A stretch of DNA of 64,000 nucleotides from Penicillus capitatus. Its lineage: Eukaryota; Plantae; Chlorophyta. A program made the translations under genes and the position numbers. The notes below the pieces were generated by a model that ran no database searches, was not told the origin of the DNA, and was given only the letters and a program-made list of their open reading frames with translations. This document shows, piece by piece, positions 58,759 to 64,000 of this stretch. Each line of letters starts with the position of its first letter. Within the stretch, counting starts at the first letter, position 1. Where the stretch lies: NCBI GenBank assembly GCA_965649825.1, contig OZ287695.1:2221288-2285287 (forward strand), read 5' to 3'.

Positions 58759-60242
58759 CGCCTCTTGTTTGCGAAGACTATTTTGATACGCCTTCCATCC
58801 AGCTTCTCTGTATTGTGCAGCTGCCTTTTCCGGATCTTCTGCTTTGATGATGCCCCGTCCGACAATGATGACATCGCTTCCCTGGCATCCGATGACGGCC
58901 TCGGGTGTCTGATACTGCTGTCCAAGGCTGTCGCCTTTCTCACTCAATGCCACTCCAGGCGTCATGTGGATCATTCCACGAAATACATCGTTCTTCTGCA
59001 CAGCTTGCCACGATGAAGGATGGATCGAAATGAAGCCCATGACAAACTCTGGTCTTTTGAGGGCTGCTTCCACAACATACTGCGTGTACGACCCAGTGGC
59101 AAGGGTTCCTTCGGAGGACATCTCAGCCAAAAGGAGTAGACCACGCGACATTTTCAATCCGACGGATGCCAAACCGTCGATGATGCCAGGTCCTGGCACA
59201 AGATGCGCATTGGTGATATGTGCCCAATCAGCAATGTGATAGACACCACCAACATACTGTTGCACAACAGTATTGCCAATATCCGCAAACTTTCGATCTT
59301 CAAAGATCAAAAACTCGTGCTGTTTAGCCAGGAGTTTCAGATTTTCTGCGACATCCATCGTCCAGTCCATCAAGATATCGACATGCGTCTTCAGAACGCA
59401 GATGTGTGGACCGATTTTGTCGGCGAGTGAAAGTAACTCGGATGACGTCGACACATCTGCAGCAACAGCCAGATTCGTTTGTTTTCTCTCCATGATCTCA
59501 AAACACTCTTTCGCTACTGAGCATTTCGCCAGCGACGCCTTCTCTGCATAGGAAAGGCGGGTAGAAGGCGGAATAGGCAATGCGATCTGCTGTCGGAGGA
59601 AATCTTTGACGCGCAGCTGCATCTCCGATGTGATCAGGCCTCTCTTGAAAAGCACATCCAGCAAGAAAGTCATCTTGAAAGCGGAATGCAATTCAATGCC
59701 CACTTCTCTGAGATTCTTTTCGCCTCCTTGCTCCCTATACAGAAGCACGATTCCGTTATCTCTTGCAATAATAATCCCACTGACCGATCGATGAGAACAA
59801 CGACATGTTGGACATTCAATCCCTCGAGTTTCAATGGCTCGACGGTCTCCACGACTGACATCCCACTTGACACAAGATCTTCGACGATGAGAACATCTTG
59901 GCCGGCTTTGAAGGCACCCTCGATGGCTTTCTTCGTTCCATAGTCTTTCACTTCTTTGCGACGCATGACCATCGGAATCGCGTGTTTCGTAGAGAGGACC
60001 GTTGCGATGGGCAGAGCGGTGTAAGGCACGCCACAAAGCAGATCAAAAGAGACACCATCCACTGTTGCCCAAATCACATCCGCCACTTCTCTCAATACCT
60101 CTGGATGTGAAACAATGGCGCGCAGATCGACGTAGATCGGTGAAGAGATGCCACTCTTCAGTTTGAATTCTCCGAATTTGAGAGCGTCGATCTCGTGCAA
60201 ACGCATCACCAGACATTCGCATCGTTCTGGGGAGACGGCCAT
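58735..60242 (-). CDS. UMPS: Bifunctional UMP synthase (OPRTase plus OMP decarboxylase), 2 exons
   Basis: [37 protein letters not shown] (PRPP site), [49 protein letters not shown]. Confidence 0.95.
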
Positions 60243-60416
60243 CTCAGAGAACGGCTTACGGCAGTTCAGTCGGCGGATTCTTCGTCGCGATGCCTGACGA
60301 TCCGGAAAAGACAGCTTGGTGGATAGGTAAGCCCGACGCATCCGTCAGAACGTCCTCTCACAACGTCGTCGCATCAGATTCGCCAACAGTACGACACAGG
60401 AGATCATTCTTGGGAG

Positions 60417-62147
60417 ATGCTTGTGTGTGGCGCAGGTTGTCGAAGTGTCGTCCCTTTGCCGATCGCCGCTGTCACATCAACACGCTGTTGGTCGAAACAG
60501 GGTATCACGCGTAGACGATGCATTCAAGCGGTCGAACAGCAGTTCTGGATGGACGCCGATGTGACGTATGACTTGTGATATGGTAGATTCAGAGTCCCGT
60601 CACCCCTGAGAGTGTGGCGGAGACCACACGACCAGATTTCCCCATCTTACAGCAGAAGGTCAACGACAAGCCTCTCATCTACTTCGACAATGCTGCCACA
60701 TCACACAAACCGCGTTCCGTCATTGGCGCAATGGAGGATTACTACACATCAACAAACTCCAATGTCCACCGTGGCGTGCATGCCTTAAGTGCTGAAGCGA
60801 CAGCTCTCTTTGAGAACGCACGATCAAAGGTGTCCAATGCATGTTGGATAGATGCACACACCAACCACGACATTCCTGCCGCGTTTAGGTGTCTGCTTTT
60901 GTGAATGCGGACAGCAGTCGTGAAATCGTGTTTACGCGAAATGCAACGGAGGCGATTAATCTTGTGGCATACGGATGGGCTATGCATCATCTGAAACTGG
61001 GCGACGAGGTCGATCCCGTTCTTCAAAGGGTGACCTGTTGCGCTGGATGTGTGTACAGATCTTGGTGTCAGTTGCTGAGCACCACAGCAATCTGATCCCT
61101 TGGCACATTGTCGCCAAGAAGACGGGGGCAGAGCTTAAGTATATCAGTCTCACATCCGACACAGAAGAGCTCAACATGGAGGTCCTGTGCACCTCTACAA
61201 TGAATTCTGTATTGAGCTTCATGCATTTTAGCACTTGGATGAACTCTTGACGGATCGGACGAAACTGGTTTCGACATTTCATGTCTCCAATGTTCTCGGT
61301 GCCAAGTCGCCAGCAGATGTCATTACCCGGAAAGCGCACAAGCTTGGTGCCAAAGTGCTCTTCGACTGCTGTCAGTCCGTTCCCAACATGCCAGTCGATG
61401 TCCAACAACTGGGTGCCGATTGGATCGTGGCATCTGGACACAAGATGTGCGGTCCCACCGGCTGCGGTTTCCTCTGGGGTATATGCGTGGACGATATCAG
61501 CCTGTTGCCATACTGCATTTCTTAGGCAGGTACGAAATGCTCGATGAAATGGAACCTTTCATGGGCGGAGGGGAAATGATCGCAGACGTATTCATGGATC
61601 GCTTTACATGCGCACCACCACCGGCCAGATTTGAAGCAGGCACTCCAGCCATTGCAGAGGCCATCGGTACCACCCCTAGAAAGAAATGAGATCGATGTCT
61701 TGCGAGTTGCGCCCCCACAGGACTGGGTGCTGCTTGTGATTACCTGTCCCACATCGGAATGGAAAATATTTATGCTTACGAACACGAACTTGGAGTCTAT
61801 CTCTACGAGAAGATGACTGCAATGGATCGGGTGAAAGTCTACGGGCCCCCTGTCCATCGCGGACGTGGTTGTCTCTGCGCCTTCAATGTTGAAGGTGTCC
61901 ATTCCACAGATCTCGCAATGGTTCTGGATCAGTACGGTAGGATGCGATATCTGTTTGACACTGTCTTTGGATATCTGTCTTTACAGGAGTCGCAATTCGA
62001 TCGGGTCATCACTGTGCCCAGCCTCTGCATCGTTACTTCAAAGTATCCTCGTCCGCCAGAGCGAGCCTGTACTTCTACAACACCAAAGCAGAAGTGGATG
62101 TCTTCTGTGATGCCTTGAAGGAAAGTATTCAGTTCTTCAACCATTAA
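60417..62147 (+). CDS. NFS2: Plastid cysteine desulfurase (SufS/NFS2, group II)
   Basis: [42 protein letters not shown] Lys [17 protein letters not shown], catalytic Cys [18 protein letters not shown]; TAA at 62145-62147. Confidence 0.95.
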
Positions 62148-62253
62148 AACATTTTCATTCATTGTATTGCCATGGGGAGAGAATCTCAATGCCTTTCAAA
62201 AATCTGCTGCTTGATCCTGTATGGAAACCGTCTATGCATTGTTTCGATGTCTA

Positions 62254-63725
62254 CTAGTCCATGAATGTGATGGCAACAGATAACCCCAACAGCATCATGA
62301 TCGCCAAGATATTCGAGAACATGTTTGACTTTTGTGTTTGCATGAGATAGAGACGGTGCTCTTCTGGTCCAACAAATCCACGGATCACCATTGCTTGTGC
62401 CACATTTGTGCTTGTTTGAAAGAGCTTTCTGAAGAGTTGGTTCAACTACAGATCCATCATACGCGAGAAAGAGAAATGGAGGAATGGAGTTACGATGTCT
62501 GCAAGAAGTTGCAGGCTGCCTCTAGGACCAATGGTTTTCCAATCGATCCCTCTCACGGCGACACCCAGTGCCAAGTTACGCAGTTCATCGAACACCGTCG
62601 ACAGAAATCTTAGCGATAGCAGGAGACAGAAGCCGATCTCTTTCACCGTCACACGCAGTAGACGCAAAGGGGAGATGATTTGTGTTAGAGACAGAGCCAG
62701 CTGTTCAGGAGATGTGGTAATGAGACAGAGACTGGCGGACTGTAGAGCAACAAAGACAGCACTGACTGCCGTGATGGCCAATCTCAAAGACTTCCTTGTC
62801 ACATTCACGAATGCAAACCTCACGCACATGTCCAGTTCCATGAGAGCGCCACACAGTGGGGACCGTACCTGAGAAAGACATACTTGTAGGGTTTGGTACC
62901 GGAGAGCGAAGGGAAGCCATCCAGGTCTTCCGATGGCACATGGGATGGAATGCTGGGCGGTGCTCCATCTGACAGACATGCTGTCAGCGCAAAGTAGAAG
63001 AGAGACATAACGAGAAGAGGCAGCAACGTCGGCCGTGCAATTCGCCATGGGGTATTCAGCAGAGTGACACTGAGCAAGAAAACAGCAATTGTCGCTTGAC
63101 CCTGTGGTCCACTTCTTGTCAGTAAGAACAGCAGAAATACAGTGCCTATCTAGACACACGCACATCCACACCTACGACTCATAAACGTGGTCTGTTCACT
63201 TGCTTGACTCTGGCATCCACGCCATGCAAGAAAGTCGCAGGGGAAGGGACATAGGAACTGGATCCACCATGCAGACAAAGAGTTAGGGAATCTGACCAGA
63301 AGCTGTCTTGCACTTTATACCTGTATGGCAATGATGAGAGGTTTAGGAAGCCAGAAAGCACTCTTTGTTGAATTGGCACATTCTCTCGTTTGTCTGCCGC
63401 GCAGGTCACTCTTCCTGAAAGGGACAAAGCGATCAGAAAGACGATTTGTGCATTCGATCGTCATCAGAACGGTGAGATTTATGACAGCTATGTATACGGG
63501 ACGTCCATTTGGCCGATTGGAGCGTCGCAGTGATCTCTCTGCATCGCCGTCGTCGACGTCCAGCGATTGCTCGGGCGATCTTACGAAGTGTCGGTAGACG
63601 CATGGAATGGCAAGATCTCGGTACGATCGACTGTCGTACGCGTTGGTCGATGACCTGAGCAGACAGCAGCGACAAGAGACAGCATTGACGACGACTTCTG
63701 TGCCAACCACCCAAGACAGATGCAT
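62254..63725 (-). CDS. ABCI12: Plastid ECF-type transporter T component (EcfT/CbiQ; ABCI12-like)
   Basis: YVPSPATFLHGVDARVKQ, LITTSPEQLA, EIGFCLLLSLRFLSTVFDELRNLALGVAVRGIDW, VAQAMVIRGF (two X-R-G coupling motifs). Start codon uncertain (63725 preferred). Confidence 0.8.
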
Positions 63726-63860
63726 CGTCGCTGTTTGGTTTGGCGAACGGATAGCCGTTTTACATGATACTCCAACAATTCTCGAGGCCCCTGCTCAGAC
63801 TTTGGCCATCGACGTATCTCAGGTGCATTTAGCGTCAGTCTTTCTGGCTGTACGATGGAA

Positions 63861-63933
63861 GCACCCATGGCGCAATGGATAGCGCGCTTGACTTCTAATC
63901 AAGCGGTTGCGGGTTCGAATCCCGCTGGGTGTG
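63861..63933 (+). tRNA. trnR-UCU: tRNA-Arg (anticodon UCU), intronless
   Basis: Acceptor GCACCCA/TGGGTGT, D-arm GCGC-AATGGATA-GCGC, anticodon arm CTTGA-CTTCTAA-TCAAG, T-arm GCGGG-TTCGAAT-CCCGC, discriminator G; 73 nt. Confidence 0.92.
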
Positions 63934-64000
63934 TACGTGATGCGAGGCATGGAGCAATAACCATCCCTTACATTATGCTACAAGATCGCTATAGTGTCGC

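Noticed and set aside
60417-63725. Functional metal/Fe-S gene cluster (SufS next to ABCI12)
   Set aside because: Only two adjacent genes in a very dense genome; no evidence beyond proximity without synteny or co-expression data.
1-64000. Non-canonical genetic code (TAA/TAG = Gln, as in some ulvophyte algae)
   Set aside because: Conserved genes end at TAA (BMS1, SufS), TAG (carboxypeptidase, UMPS, DRAP1) and TGA (VIPP1, LPA1), and no in-frame TAR appears in their exons.

Overview
Eukaryotic nuclear DNA from a chlorophyte green alga. Evidence: plastid-targeted VIPP1, LPA1, SufS and ABCI12, an MLDP-like lipid-droplet protein and a flagellar thioredoxin light chain; the exact taxon cannot be determined. 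The genetic code is standard. The genome is very compact: about 30 genes in 64 kb, mostly 45-70 nt introns, and start codons of head-to-head pairs often only 42-175 nt apart. The six-frame ORF track fragments most genes, so exon chains were rebuilt by eye from GT/GC-AG boundaries and conserved motifs; coordinates are gene spans. Recognisable genes: LMW-PTP, VIPP1, an ARM-repeat protein, BMS1, a GT14-like glycosyltransferase, an F-box/LRR protein, an S10 serine carboxypeptidase, a DEMETER/ROS1-like glycosylase carrying a J-domain, MLDP-like, FYR+U-box, NC2-alpha/DRAP1, RecQ, thioredoxin dynein light chain, threonine dehydrogenase, CBP60-like, THOC6-like, an alpha/beta hydrolase, UFSP2, HSP20, LPA1, UMP synthase, SufS, ABCI12/EcfT and tRNA-Arg(UCU). 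A retroelement island at about 27.6-34.25 kb holds a LINE 3' remnant and a decayed Ty3/gypsy element with three LTR copies. The most interesting signals are the DEMETER-J-domain fusion, the chimeric triple-LTR element, the extreme gene packing (shared micro-promoters, overlapping stops, candidate polycistronic run), several GC-AG introns and an algal CBP60-like regulator.
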